Shown one piece after another: positions 1 through 9,320 of a stretch of 64,000 nucleotides of DNA (its first letter is position 1; each line of letters begins with the position of its first letter). The stretch spans positions 512,001-576,000 of the forward strand of contig CBDCRW010000005.1 of NCBI GenBank assembly GCA_965221125.1, read 5' to 3'. This DNA comes from Alphaproteobacteria bacterium (GTDB taxonomy: Bacteria > Pseudomonadota > Alphaproteobacteria > UBA828). Below the pieces are notes generated by a model. It made no database searches, was not told the origin of the DNA, and saw only the letters and a program-made list of their open reading frames with translations. The position numbers and the translations under genes were made by a program.

Positions 1-376
1 CCTCGCCGCCCGTCTCGAAAAGGAGCGGCATGTCGAGGACCGCGAACCGGCAGCCCCGGCGCTGGCTCGCCGCGAGGAAGCGCCGCTCGCCCGCACGGAC
101 GAGGGGGTGAAGGATCGCCTCCAGCGCGGCGAGCGCGTCCGGGTCGCCAAAAACCTGGGCGCCGAGCGTCCCACGGTCGACCGCTGGCGCGTCACCCTCG
201 CCGGCGGCGGCATCGGGAAAACGCGCGAGCACCGGCGCCACGGCGGCCCCGCCGGGCCCGAGCAGCCGGTGGACCGCCGCATCGGCGTCGTAGACCGCAG
301 CACCCGCGGCCTTGAGCGCGCCGGCCACGGTCGTCTTGCCCATGCCGATCGAGCCGGTGAGCCCAAGGACGACCAC
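1..376 (-). CDS. coaE: Dephospho-CoA kinase (runs off the window start)
   Basis: Not in the ORF track. Manual translation from GTG at 376 gives MVVLGLTGSIGMGKTTVAGALKAAGAAVYDADAAVHRLL (CoaE P-loop and DAD motif). Follows aroE as usual in alphaproteobacteria. Confidence 0.95.
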   Translation of the reverse strand, partial: MVVLGLTGSIGMGKTTVAGALKAAGAAVYDADAAVHRLLGPGGAAVAPVLARFPDAAAGEGDAPAVDRGTLGAQVFGDPDALAALEAILHPLVRAGERRFLAASQRRGCRFAVLDMPLLFETGGE

Positions 377-389
377 GGCCCGCCCTCCG

Positions 390-1229
390 TCAGAGCCCGT
401 CTGCGGCGAAGGCGCGAAGCGCCGCCGTCGCCTCGGCCTCGGCGCCGAACCAGGCCGCGAAACCCGGCCGCGCCTGGTGGATCAACATGCCGAGGCCGTC
501 CACCGCCACGTTGCCGCGCGCCCGTGCCGCCCGCAGCAGCGCCGTCTCCAGCGGCGCGTAGACGAGATCGTAGACCACCGCGCCGGCCGGCAGCCGCCCC
601 AGATCGAGGTCGAGCGCAGGCTTGCCCCCCTGGCCGAGTTGCGTGGTGTTGACCAGCAAGCCGCAGCCCTCGAGCGCCGCCTCGCGCTCTTCCCACGGAC
701 AAGGACGGACGGCGTCGCCGGCCGCCGCGGCGAGCGCCGACGCCCGCGCGCGCGTTCGGTTGGCGACGCGGATTTCCCGAATCCCTTCGGCCTGCAGCGC
801 ATCCACCACGGCGCGTGCCGCGCCGCCGGCGCCGAGCATCGCCACGGGCGCCCCAGAATTCCAGCCGGGCGCCTCCTGGCGCAGGTGGCCGATGAATCCG
901 AAGCCGTCGGTGTTGTCGCCGTGAAGCGCGCCGCCCTCGCCCACCGTCACGGTGTTCACGGCGCCGATACGCCGCGCGGTCTCCGACAACGAGGCCATGT
1001 GCGCGAGCGCCGCCTCCTTGTGGGGCGCGGTCAGGTTGCAGCCGCGAAAACCCAGAGCCGGCAGCCCGGCAAGCGCCGCGCCGAGGGCCTCGGGCCGGAC
1101 CGCGAGTGGCACGTAAGCGCCGTCGATCCCCTTCTCCTCGAGCCAGTAGCCGTGAATGCGGGGCGAGCGCGAGTGCGCGACCGGCCAGCCCATGACACCC
1201 GCAAGCCGTGCCCCGCCGGTGAGGATCAT
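390..1229 (-). CDS. aroE: Shikimate dehydrogenase
   Basis: C-terminal part of ORF 390..2030: GWPVAHSRSP, NLTAPHKE, GAVNT, NTDGFGF, GAGGAARA, DGLGMLIHQA. Confidence 0.96.
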   Translation of the reverse strand: MILTGGARLAGVMGWPVAHSRSPRIHGYWLEEKGIDGAYVPLAVRPEALGAALAGLPALGFRGCNLTAPHKEAALAHMASLSETARRIGAVNTVTVGEGGALHGDNTDGFGFIGHLRQEAPGWNSGAPVAMLGAGGAARAVVDALQAEGIREIRVANRTRARASALAAAAGDAVRPCPWEEREAALEGCGLLVNTTQLGQGGKPALDLDLGRLPAGAVVYDLVYAPLETALLRAARARGNVAVDGLGMLIHQARPGFAAWFGAEAEATAALRAFAADGL

Positions 1230-1867
1230 GTCTCCGCGAGTCCGTGCTCGCGGAGGAAGGCGAGCAGCGGCATCAGCGGCAGGCCCAGCACCGAGAACCA
1301 GTCGCCCCTGATCTCCGCCAGCAGCTGCGCGCCCAGGCCCTCCGCCTCGTAGCCGCCGACGCAGGCGAGGATGCCGTCGCCCGCGCGCTCCAGGTAGCGC
1401 TCCAGAAAGGCGTCGGAGAAGGGCCGCATGGTGAGCTGCGGGCAGGCCACGTCGCCCCAGATCTCGGCGTCGTCGCGGGCCACGCAGACCGCCGTGACCA
1501 GCGTATGGCTGCGGCCCCGGAGCCGCCTGAGCTGCCCGCGCGCGTCGTCCACGTCCACCGGCTTGTCGAACCACTCGTCGCCGCAGACCAGGAGCTGGTC
1601 GGCGCCGATGACGAAGGCGCCGGACGCGCCTGCGCTCACCCGCCGTGCCTTGAGGCCGGCCAGCATTCGCGCGGTCTCGCGGCCGTCGGGGTCCTGGGCC
1701 CGCATGGCCTCCTTGACAGCGCCCTCGTCCACCCGCGCCGGCTGCACGGTGAAGGAGAGCCCCGCCGCCCGCAGCATCGAGGCCCGCACGGTCGCCTGGG
1801 AGGCGAGCACCAGGCGCCTCTCGGCGGCCTCTCCGTGCGCGCTCGGGCCCGCCTCGGCGATTGCCAT
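1226..1867 (-). CDS. maf: Maf family nucleoside triphosphate pyrophosphatase
   Basis: LVLASQ..R, IGADQ, LRGRSHTL, VGGYEAEG, GLPL motifs. Start codon uncertain (1867 or 1912). Confidence 0.9.
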   Translation of the reverse strand: MAIAEAGPSAHGEAAERRLVLASQATVRASMLRAAGLSFTVQPARVDEGAVKEAMRAQDPDGRETARMLAGLKARRVSAGASGAFVIGADQLLVCGDEWFDKPVDVDDARGQLRRLRGRSHTLVTAVCVARDDAEIWGDVACPQLTMRPFSDAFLERYLERAGDGILACVGGYEAEGLGAQLLAEIRGDWFSVLGLPLMPLLAFLREHGLAET

Positions 1868-1939
1868 GCTCACCGCTTCCTCTTGCCTTCCGTCCCGGGT
1901 GCGCTGAAGCATATACGCTTCGTGCGCCGCGCCAACCGC

Positions 1940-2755
1940 TCAGCCGGCCTGGGCACGCCGGTCGTGCAGCTGCAGGATTGCGGCCGCGGTTTCCTCGATC
2001 GAGCGCCGCGTCACGTCGATCACCGGCCATCCGCGCCTGGCGAAGAGCCGCCGCGCCTCCCTCACCTCCTCCTCGACCTGGAGAGGATCGACGTAGCCGG
2101 TCTCGCCGACATCGCCGATCATGCGCATGCGGCTGCGGCGCACGTCGATGAGCTGCTCCGGGTGGCAGGTGAGGCCGACCACCAGCGCACTCCTGAGCGC
2201 CTCCAGCTCCTGCGGCAGCGGGCAGGCGGGGACGAACGGCACGTTCGCGGCCTTGAGGCCGCGGTTGGCGAGGTAGAAGCAGGTGGGCGTCTTCGACGTT
2301 CGCGACACGCCGACGAGGACGATGTCCGCATCGCCGAGCGTCGCCGGCGAGCGGCCGTCATCGTGGCCCAGCGCATAGTTCATCGCTTCGATGCGCTTCA
2401 GATAGGCCGCATCCATGACATGCTGGCGGCCGGGCTGGTTGCGGCTCTCCGCGCCGAGGAAGCCGCTCAGCGCGGCGATCGCGGTATCCAGCAGCGGAAT
2501 GCAGGGAACGTCGATGCGGCTGCACTCGTCGAGCAGCAGAGCGCGAAGCGGCGGGTCGACCAGAGTGAACATGACGACGCCGGGTTCGGCCTCGACATGA
2601 GCGAGGACGCGCCGGAGCTGGCTCTCGGTCCGCACCAGCGACCACAGGTGCTCGACCGCATCCACGTCCTGGAACTGCGCCGCCGCTGCGCGGGCGATGG
2701 TGATGCAGGTCTCGCCGGTGGCGTCGGAGACCAGGTGCAGGTGGAAGTTCCGCAT
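1940..2755 (-). CDS. Pyruvate,phosphate/water dikinase regulatory protein (DUF299 kinase/pyrophosphorylase)
   Basis: HLHLVSDATGET, HDDG, GVSRTSKTP, DVTRRSIEETAA. Conserved position divergent from hemE. Confidence 0.93.
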   Translation of the reverse strand: MRNFHLHLVSDATGETCITIARAAAAQFQDVDAVEHLWSLVRTESQLRRVLAHVEAEPGVVMFTLVDPPLRALLLDECSRIDVPCIPLLDTAIAALSGFLGAESRNQPGRQHVMDAAYLKRIEAMNYALGHDDGRSPATLGDADIVLVGVSRTSKTPTCFYLANRGLKAANVPFVPACPLPQELEALRSALVVGLTCHPEQLIDVRRSRMRMIGDVGETGYVDPLQVEEEVREARRLFARRGWPVIDVTRRSIEETAAAILQLHDRRAQAG

Positions 2756-2789
2756 GACGTCGCTCGGGTTCCCCGTTTGCACGGCCGCG

Positions 2790-3165
2790 GCTACGCATTG
2801 TTCAACACTCGCCTCTGGAAAAGCCGTGGGCAACGCGGCCGCAGGCGATATCCTACAGACTATCCCCAGCTTGCCGGCTCAACCAATATGCAGGGCCGGC
2901 ATAGCGGGGATAACGGTGGAGTCACCGGCGCGCTCCCTCTCTGTCCCCGCTGTCCCCACGTTTCCCAGCCTGCTGGAACGCCTCGAAGCAGCGCCGATCG
3001 GCCGCTTTTCCACCGGCGCCGCCGCGTGCCGGAGCCCCGCTTCACGACCCGGCCCACAGCCGGGATGAACGGGATAATCCCTTCTTCCCGGCCTGCAACA
3101 TCAACCATCCTTATCTATAAAGGATTAATTGAAGATAGTCTGACGAAGCCGGGGACAGAGGTCGA
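2790..3165. other. oriC: Probable chromosomal replication origin (oriC)
   Basis: Intergenic region between the DUF299 gene and hemE, the established alphaproteobacterial oriC position. DnaA-box-like motifs: TATCCCCA 2861, CGGGGATAA ~2905, TGTCCCCA 2951, TTTTCCACC 3006. AT-rich tract 3096-3140. parS lies ~9 kb away. Confidence 0.8.
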
Positions 3166-3168
3166 GCC

Positions 3169-4227
3169 GTGGGCGAAGGCAGAGACGACAAGCCGCTCCT
3201 CGCGGCGCTCAGGGGGGAGGTACGCCAGCCGCCGCCGCTCTGGCTCATGCGCCAGGCGGGGCGCTACCTGCCGGAGTACCGCGCGCTCCGGGCGAGGGCC
3301 GGCTCCTTCCTCGATCTCTGTTACGACCCGGCGCTGGCGACGGAAGCCAGCCTCCAGCCGTTGAAGCGCTTCGCCCTCGACGGCGTGATCCTCTTCTCCG
3401 ATATCCTGGTGGTGGCTGAGGCGCTCGGGGTGAAGCTCTGGTTCGAGGAGGGGGAAGGTCCGCGGCTGGAGCCGGTCCGCGAGGGCGGTGCGCTCCCGGT
3501 TTTCGATCGGGGGCGCCAGCGGCGCCATCTCGCGCCGGTCTACGCGGCGATGGGCCAGGTCGCCGCAGCAGTGCCGGCCGGGGTCACGGTCTTGGGCTTT
3601 GCCGGCGCGCCGTGGACACTCGCGACCTACATGGTGGGCGGCGGCAGGAGCAGAGATTTTTTGGCCGTGAAGGGCTGGGCCTATCGCGATCCCGAAGGTT
3701 TTTCGCGGCTGATCGCGACGCTGCAGGAAGCGGTCGCGGACCACCTGATCGCCCAGCTCGACGCCGGCGCCGATGCGGTCCAGATCTTCGACAGCTGGGC
3801 CGGCGCGCTGCCCGAGAGCGAGTTCCGCCGCTGGTGCATCGTGCCCGTGGCGAAGATCGTGCGCGCGGTGAAGGCGGCGCACCCGGATGCCCCGGTGATC
3901 GGCTATCCGCGCGGCTCCGGCCTCGCCTACGAACGCTTCGCCGAAGAGACCGGCGTGGATGCGATCTCCATCGACAGCACGGTGCCGCCGCACTGGGCGG
4001 CCAGGCACCTGCAGCCCTTGTGCGCGGTGCAGGGCAACCTCGACCCCGCGGCCCTGGTGGCGGGGGGCGAGGCGCTGCACCGGGCAGCCGGCGCCATCCT
4101 GGATGCACTTGGGCATGGCCCCTTTGTGTTCAACCTCGGCGAGGGCGTCGTGCCCCAGACCCCGCCGGATCACGTCGCGGCGCTCTGCGACGTCGTCCAT
4201 TCCTGGCGAGGCGGGGCGACGCGATGA
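3169..4227 (+). CDS. hemE: Uroporphyrinogen decarboxylase
   Basis: PLWLMRQAGRYLPEYR, ILFSDIL, GFAGAPWTLATY, QIFDSWAG, VQGNLDP. Confidence 0.97.
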   Translation: MGEGRDDKPLLAALRGEVRQPPPLWLMRQAGRYLPEYRALRARAGSFLDLCYDPALATEASLQPLKRFALDGVILFSDILVVAEALGVKLWFEEGEGPRLEPVREGGALPVFDRGRQRRHLAPVYAAMGQVAAAVPAGVTVLGFAGAPWTLATYMVGGGRSRDFLAVKGWAYRDPEGFSRLIATLQEAVADHLIAQLDAGADAVQIFDSWAGALPESEFRRWCIVPVAKIVRAVKAAHPDAPVIGYPRGSGLAYERFAEETGVDAISIDSTVPPHWAARHLQPLCAVQGNLDPAALVAGGEALHRAAGAILDALGHGPFVFNLGEGVVPQTPPDHVAALCDVVHSWRGGATR

Positions 4228-5258
4228 GTCGCGTCGCGGTGGTCCTGTTCAACCTCGGCGGGCCGGATTCGCTCGATGCCGTCGAGCCCTTCCTGCGCAA
4301 CCTGTTCCGCGATCCGGCGATCATCCGGGCGCCTGCGCCGCTCCGCCACTTGATCGCCCGGCTGATCGCGCGCCGGCGCGGCCCAAAGGCGCGGGACATC
4401 TATCGCGAGATCGGCGGCCGCTCGCCGCTCCTGCCGGAAACCGAGGCGCAGGCGGCCGCGCTGGCCCAGGCCCTGGACGATCTCGGCGCGGTTTCTGTCA
4501 CCGTCGCCATGCGCTACTGGCAACCCATGAGCGCGGCGGCGGCGCGGCAGGTGGCCGCCTTCCGGCCGGAGCGGATCGTGCTGTTGCCCCTCTACCCGCA
4601 GTTCTCGACCACGACCACGGCATCCTCGCTCGCGGCTTGGCGCAGGGCGGCGGCGAGCGCCGGCATCGCCGCGCGCACGCACGCCGTCTGCTGCTACCAC
4701 CGGGCCGACGGGCTGATCGCGGCTCATGCGGCGCTGATCGAGCCGGTCCTGGAGGCAGCGGCCGAGACGGGCACGCCGCGTGTGCTCTTCTCCGCCCACG
4801 GCCTGCCCGAGAGCGTGGTCGCGCGGGGCGATCCCTACCAGTGGCAGGTGGAGAACACCGCGCGCGCGATCGTCGATCGCCTGGACCGCGAAGAACTCGA
4901 CTGGACGGTCTGCTATCAGAGCAGGGTAGGACCCATGGCCTGGCTCGGACCTTCGACCAAGGACGAGCTGGACCGTGCCGGCCGCGACCGGGTGCCTGTC
5001 GTGGTGGTCCCCATCGCCTTCGTCTCCGAGCACAGCGAGACCCTGGTGGAGTTGGACATAACCTATCGCGATCACGCCCGTGGGGCGGGCGTCCCCGCCT
5101 ACCACCGCGTGCCAGCCCTCGGCACCCAGCCTGCGTTCATCGCGGCCCTGGCCCAACTGGTGCGCGCTGCGCTGGAGCGCGACGCCGGCCTCGACTCTGG
5201 CGAAGGCGGGCGGCTCTGCCCGGCCGCTCATCGCTGCTGCCCGCTGGCGGGGACGTAA
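4224..5258 (+). CDS. hemH: Ferrochelatase
   Basis: MSRVAVVLFNLGGP, LPLYPQFS, FSAHGLP, YQSRVGP, FVSEHSETLVELD. Confidence 0.97.
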   Translation: MSRVAVVLFNLGGPDSLDAVEPFLRNLFRDPAIIRAPAPLRHLIARLIARRRGPKARDIYREIGGRSPLLPETEAQAAALAQALDDLGAVSVTVAMRYWQPMSAAAARQVAAFRPERIVLLPLYPQFSTTTTASSLAAWRRAAASAGIAARTHAVCCYHRADGLIAAHAALIEPVLEAAAETGTPRVLFSAHGLPESVVARGDPYQWQVENTARAIVDRLDREELDWTVCYQSRVGPMAWLGPSTKDELDRAGRDRVPVVVVPIAFVSEHSETLVELDITYRDHARGAGVPAYHRVPALGTQPAFIAALAQLVRAALERDAGLDSGEGGRLCPAAHRCCPLAGT

Positions 5259-5701
5259 TGGCCGACGACCTCTACACCTGGCTCCGCGCGCTCCACGTGA
5301 TCGCGGTGATCGCCTGGATGGCGGGGATGCTCTACCTCCCCCGGCTCTACGTCTATCACGCCCGCGCCACGCCGGGCTCCGAGCTCTCGGAGACACTGAA
5401 GGTCATGGAGCGCCGCCTGCTCAGGATCATCGTCAACCCCGCCATGGTGGCAACCTTCGCCTTCGGCGGCGCCCTCCTGGCGCAGCCCGGCGTCATCGAC
5501 TGGTCGAGCGACATCTGGGTCTACCCCAAGCTCGCCCTGGTGGTGCTGCTCGCCGCCTACCACGGGCTGCTTGCGCGCTGGCGCCGCGACTTCGCCGCCG
5601 ACCGCAACCGGCGCAGCGAGCGCTTCTTCCGCAGGATGAACGAGGTGCCGACGCTCGCCATGATCGGCATCGTGATTCTGGTTATCGTGAAGCCCTTCTG
5701 A
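5258..5701 (+). CDS. hemJ: Protoporphyrinogen oxidase HemJ
   Basis: WLRALHVIAVIAWMAGMLYLPRLYVYH, MERRL, NEVPT, VKPF. Translationally coupled (TAATG) to hemH. Confidence 0.95.
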   Translation: MADDLYTWLRALHVIAVIAWMAGMLYLPRLYVYHARATPGSELSETLKVMERRLLRIIVNPAMVATFAFGGALLAQPGVIDWSSDIWVYPKLALVVLLAAYHGLLARWRRDFAADRNRRSERFFRRMNEVPTLAMIGIVILVIVKPF

Positions 5702-5721
5702 GCGGGCGGAGAGCGTGAGCA

Positions 5722-6831
5722 ATGGCTGAGCGAGCAGGCGTCCTCTCGAGCACGGCGATCGCGGCGCTGATCGCCGAGGGCGGGGTCTCGGCGGGCACGC
5801 GCGTCGCCGCGGCGCAGATCCAGCCGGCGAGCCTCGATCTCCGCCTGGGGCCCGTGGCCTACCGCGTGCGCGCGAGCTTCCTGCCGGGGCGCGAGAGCGT
5901 GAGCGCGAAGATCGCGCGCCTCGGCATGCACGAAATCGACCTCGGCCAGAGCGCCGTGCTGGAGCGTGGCTGCGTCTACATCGTCCCCCTCATGGAGACG
6001 CTCGCGCTGGCGCCCGACGTCTCGGCGCACGCCAACCCAAAAAGCTCCACCGGGCGGCTCGACATCTTCACCCGGCTCATCGCCGACGAGGCGCACGAGT
6101 TCGACCGCGTCCAACCCGGCTATCGCGGCCCGCTCTATGCCGAGGTCTCGCCGCGCACCTTCAGCGTCGTGGTCCGCGCCGGCAGCCGGCTCAACCAGAT
6201 TCGCTTCAAGCGGGGCGATCCCGGCTACTCGGAAGGCGCGCTCGAGCGCCTGCATGCCGAGCGGCGCCTGGTCGAGGGCGAGGTCGCGCGCGGCGGCTTC
6301 GCCGGCGGCCTGCCGCTCTCCGTCGATCTCGCGGGCGACGGCGGCGGCCTCGTCGGCTGGAAGGCGAAGCGCCACACCGACCTGATCGACCTCGACGAGG
6401 TCGGCCGTTACGAGCCCGGCGACTTCTGGGAGCCGATCGCGCGCCCCAGTACCGGCGGCGTGATTCTCAATCCGGACGACTTCTACATTTTGGCGTCGAA
6501 GGAGGCCGTGCGCATTCCGCCGGACCACGCTGCCGAGATGGTGGCCTACGACACCCTGGTCGGCGAGTTCCGCGCGCACTACGCGGGCTTCTTCGATCCC
6601 GGCTTCGGCCACGACGAGGCCGGCGGCGGCGGCACGCGCGCGGTGCTCGAGGTCCGCTCCCACGACGTGCCGTTCATGATCGAGGACGGCCAGACCATCG
6701 GCCGTCTCCTCTTCGAGCCGCTCACCGAGCGCCCGGCGGCGCTCTACGGGCGCGGCATCGGCTCGTCTTACCAGCGCCAGGGTCTGGCGCTCGCCAAGCA
6801 GTTCAGGCAGCCGGCTCCGGACGGCGCCTAG
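5722..6831 (+). CDS. dcd: dCTP deaminase (long alphaproteobacterial type)
   Basis: QIQPASLDLRLG, ANPKSSTGRLDIFTR, HYAGFFDPGFG, VLEVRSHDVPF. Confidence 0.92.
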   Translation: MAERAGVLSSTAIAALIAEGGVSAGTRVAAAQIQPASLDLRLGPVAYRVRASFLPGRESVSAKIARLGMHEIDLGQSAVLERGCVYIVPLMETLALAPDVSAHANPKSSTGRLDIFTRLIADEAHEFDRVQPGYRGPLYAEVSPRTFSVVVRAGSRLNQIRFKRGDPGYSEGALERLHAERRLVEGEVARGGFAGGLPLSVDLAGDGGGLVGWKAKRHTDLIDLDEVGRYEPGDFWEPIARPSTGGVILNPDDFYILASKEAVRIPPDHAAEMVAYDTLVGEFRAHYAGFFDPGFGHDEAGGGGTRAVLEVRSHDVPFMIEDGQTIGRLLFEPLTERPAALYGRGIGSSYQRQGLALAKQFRQPAPDGA

Positions 6832-6870
6832 AAGGCATGACCACCAGGCATGACGTCATCGAATCTTCGT

Positions 6871-6900
6871 TTGACACGGCGGAACGGCAGCCGATAGGGT
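6871..6900 (+). promoter_or_regulatory. Putative sigma70 promoter of rho
   Basis: Perfect TTGACA at 6871 and a weak -10 TAGGGT at 6895 (18-nt spacer). Confidence 0.45.
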
Positions 6901-7049
6901 AGCGTTCACGTCCGCCGCAGCGGGCGGGCTTCCTGTCCGCCGACGGCGCACCCTCTCATAAAAGCCGCTCGCCGCCCTCACCAGGTTTGCGCCCTTCACG
7001 TGCCGCCGTCCGGCGGTGCGGCTCTCCTTCCACAACGGCAGCTCCCGCC

Positions 7050-8306
7050 ATGCATTTGCAAGAGCTCAAGACCCAGACCCCGACCCAGCTGATCGACTAC
7101 GCCGAGGAGCTCGAGATCGAGAACGCGAACTCGATGCGCCGGCAGGACCTGATGTTCGCGATCCTGCGGCAGCTTGCGGAGAACGATCAGGCGATCTTCG
7201 GCTCGGGCGTGCTGGAGACGCTGCAGGACGGGTTCGGCTTTCTGCGCTCGCCCGAGGCCAACTACCTGCCGGGGCCCGACGACATCTACGTGAGCCCGAG
7301 CCAGATCCGCCGCTTCGGGCTGAGGACCGGCGACACCCTCGAGGGCCAGATCCGCGCGCCCCGCGACGGCGAGCGCTACTTCGCCCTGCTCAAGCTCAAC
7401 AACATCAACTTCGACCCGCCGGAGAACCTGCGCCACAAGGTCAACTTCGACAACCTCACGCCGCTCTACCCCGAGCAGCGCTTCAGCATGGAGGTCGCCG
7501 ACCCTGCGCGGAAGGACACCACCAGCCGCATCCTCGATATCGTGGCGCCGCTCGGCAAGGGCCAGCGGGCGCTGATCGTGGCCCCGCCGCGCACCGGCAA
7601 GACCATGATGCTGCAGAACATCGCGCACTCGATCGAGGAGAACCACCCCGAGGCCTATCTCATCGTGCTGCTGGTGGACGAGCGGCCCGAGGAGGTGACG
7701 GACATGGACCGCTCGGTGCGGGGCGAGGTGGTGAGCTCCACCTTCGACGAGCCCGCGTCCCGCCACGTCCAAGTGGCGGAGATGGTGATCGAGAAGGCCA
7801 AGCGCCTGGTGGAGCACAAGCGGGACGTGGTGATCCTGCTGGATTCCATCACCCGCCTTGCGCGGGCCTACAACACGGTGGTGCCGTCGTCGGGCAAGGT
7901 GCTGACCGGCGGCGTGGACGCCAACGCCCTGCAGCGGCCCAAGCGCTTCTTCGGCGCGGCGCGCAACATCGAGCACGGCGGCTCGCTCACGATTATCGCG
8001 ACCGCGCTGATCGACACGGGGTCCCGCATGGACGAGGTGATCTTCGAGGAGTTCAAGGGCACCGGCAACTCGGAGATCATCCTGGACCGCAAGCTCGCCG
8101 ACAAGCGCACCTGGCCCAGCATGGACATCGCGCGCTCCGGCACCCGCAAGGAGGAGCTGCTGGTCGACCGCGCGACGCTCGCCAAGATGTGGGTGCTGCG
8201 CCGCATCCTCTCGCCCATGGGCACGGTGGACGCCATGGAGTTCCTGGTCGACAAGCTCAAGGCGACCAAGACCAACGAGGAATTCTTCGCCTCGATGAAC
8301 ACGTAA
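7050..8306 (+). CDS. rho: Transcription termination factor Rho
   Basis: [49 protein letters not shown]. Confidence 0.98.
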   Translation: MHLQELKTQTPTQLIDYAEELEIENANSMRRQDLMFAILRQLAENDQAIFGSGVLETLQDGFGFLRSPEANYLPGPDDIYVSPSQIRRFGLRTGDTLEGQIRAPRDGERYFALLKLNNINFDPPENLRHKVNFDNLTPLYPEQRFSMEVADPARKDTTSRILDIVAPLGKGQRALIVAPPRTGKTMMLQNIAHSIEENHPEAYLIVLLVDERPEEVTDMDRSVRGEVVSSTFDEPASRHVQVAEMVIEKAKRLVEHKRDVVILLDSITRLARAYNTVVPSSGKVLTGGVDANALQRPKRFFGAARNIEHGGSLTIIATALIDTGSRMDEVIFEEFKGTGNSEIILDRKLADKRTWPSMDIARSGTRKEELLVDRATLAKMWVLRRILSPMGTVDAMEFLVDKLKATKTNEEFFASMNT

Positions 8307-8310
8307 GTCG

Positions 8311-8375
8311 CGCACGCCCGCAGGTTCGTGCGCGCGCAATCAAGAGGTCCGCACGCCCGCAGGCTCGTGCGCGCG
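8311..8375. repeat. Two 26-bp direct repeats, each a hairpin (REP- or terminator-like)
   Basis: CGCACGCCCGCAGG(T/C)TCGTGCGCGCG at 8311-8336 and 8350-8375, 1 mismatch, with CGCACG/CGTGCG stems. Lies between convergent genes. Confidence 0.8.
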
Positions 8376-8405
8376 GCATCCCGAGCCGGAGTCTGACCAC
8401 GGCGC

Positions 8406-9239
8406 TCATACCCAGTAGGCGATGCGCCAGCGGTAGCGGCGGAAGAACGCGAACGTCACGAGCCACCCGCCGAACGTCAGGCTCAGCACCACGATCCAGG
8501 AGAGCAGTCCCGGCGTCTGTCCCAGCAGGGGCGCCCGCACCACCTCGATGAAGTGGTAGAAGGGGTTGACGTCCAGCACCATGGGGCGGGTCGGTATGAG
8601 GTCCGGCGTCCAGATGATCGGGGTCACGAAGAAGCAGATCCGCAAGACGCTCGACACGATCGGCGGCACGTCGCGAAACCGGGCCGAGACGATGCCGAAG
8701 AGCAGCGCCACCCAGAGGCCGGTGAGGCACAGGAGCACGAGACCCGGCAGCGCGAGAAGCCCGTTCCAGCCCGGCCACACCCCGAAGACGATCGCCACGA
8801 CGACGAAGACGACGGCGTTGTGCACGAGGGTGAGCAGGTTGCGCCAGAGCAGCCGATACACGTGGACGGAGAGCGGCAGACCGACCTGCTTGATGATGCT
8901 TTCCGAAGCGATGAACGCGTTGCAGCCGTCGCGGATGATGTCGGATATCAGCGTCCAGACGATGAAGCCAAGCGCGAGGAACGGCATGTATTCCGCGATG
9001 TCCGCGTCGAACAGCAGGCCGTAAAGCGCGCCCAACGCTCCAACAAACGCACCCATGCTAAGGGTTAGCCAGAACGGGCCGAGCACCGAGCGCCGATACA
9101 GCTGCCGCATGTCCTGCCAGCCGAGCCGTCCCCACAGGTAGCGCGCCCGTGCGCCTTGCACGAGATCGAGCAGGGCCAGACGGGCTTGCGACGGCGGCGG
9201 CGCGGACTCCGGCGTACCGCCCTGGGCGCCGGCAGCCAT
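8406..9239 (-). CDS. ABC-2 polysaccharide export permease (Wzm/RfbA-like)
   Basis: YRRSVLGPFWLTL, ARFRDV, FFVTPIIW, NPFYHFIEVVRAPLLG, six hydrophobic segments. Start uncertain. Confidence 0.88.
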   Translation of the reverse strand: MAAGAQGGTPESAPPPSQARLALLDLVQGARARYLWGRLGWQDMRQLYRRSVLGPFWLTLSMGAFVGALGALYGLLFDADIAEYMPFLALGFIVWTLISDIIRDGCNAFIASESIIKQVGLPLSVHVYRLLWRNLLTLVHNAVVFVVVAIVFGVWPGWNGLLALPGLVLLCLTGLWVALLFGIVSARFRDVPPIVSSVLRICFFVTPIIWTPDLIPTRPMVLDVNPFYHFIEVVRAPLLGQTPGLLSWIVVLSLTFGGWLVTFAFFRRYRWRIAYWV

Positions 9240-9279
9240 GTCGTCGCCCGCCGCAGTAGATCGAGACTCCGCTCTCACT

Positions 9280-9295
9280 CTAGCCCGCATTTCTC
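9280..9295 (+). mobile_element. Isolated copy of the MITE terminal inverted repeat
   Basis: CTAGCCCGCATTTCTC is the exact reverse complement of 40951-40966 (GAGAAATGCGGGCTAG). Confidence 0.65.
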
Positions 9296-9320
9296 CGTTT
9301 TGCAGGGAAGGGCACTAAAG

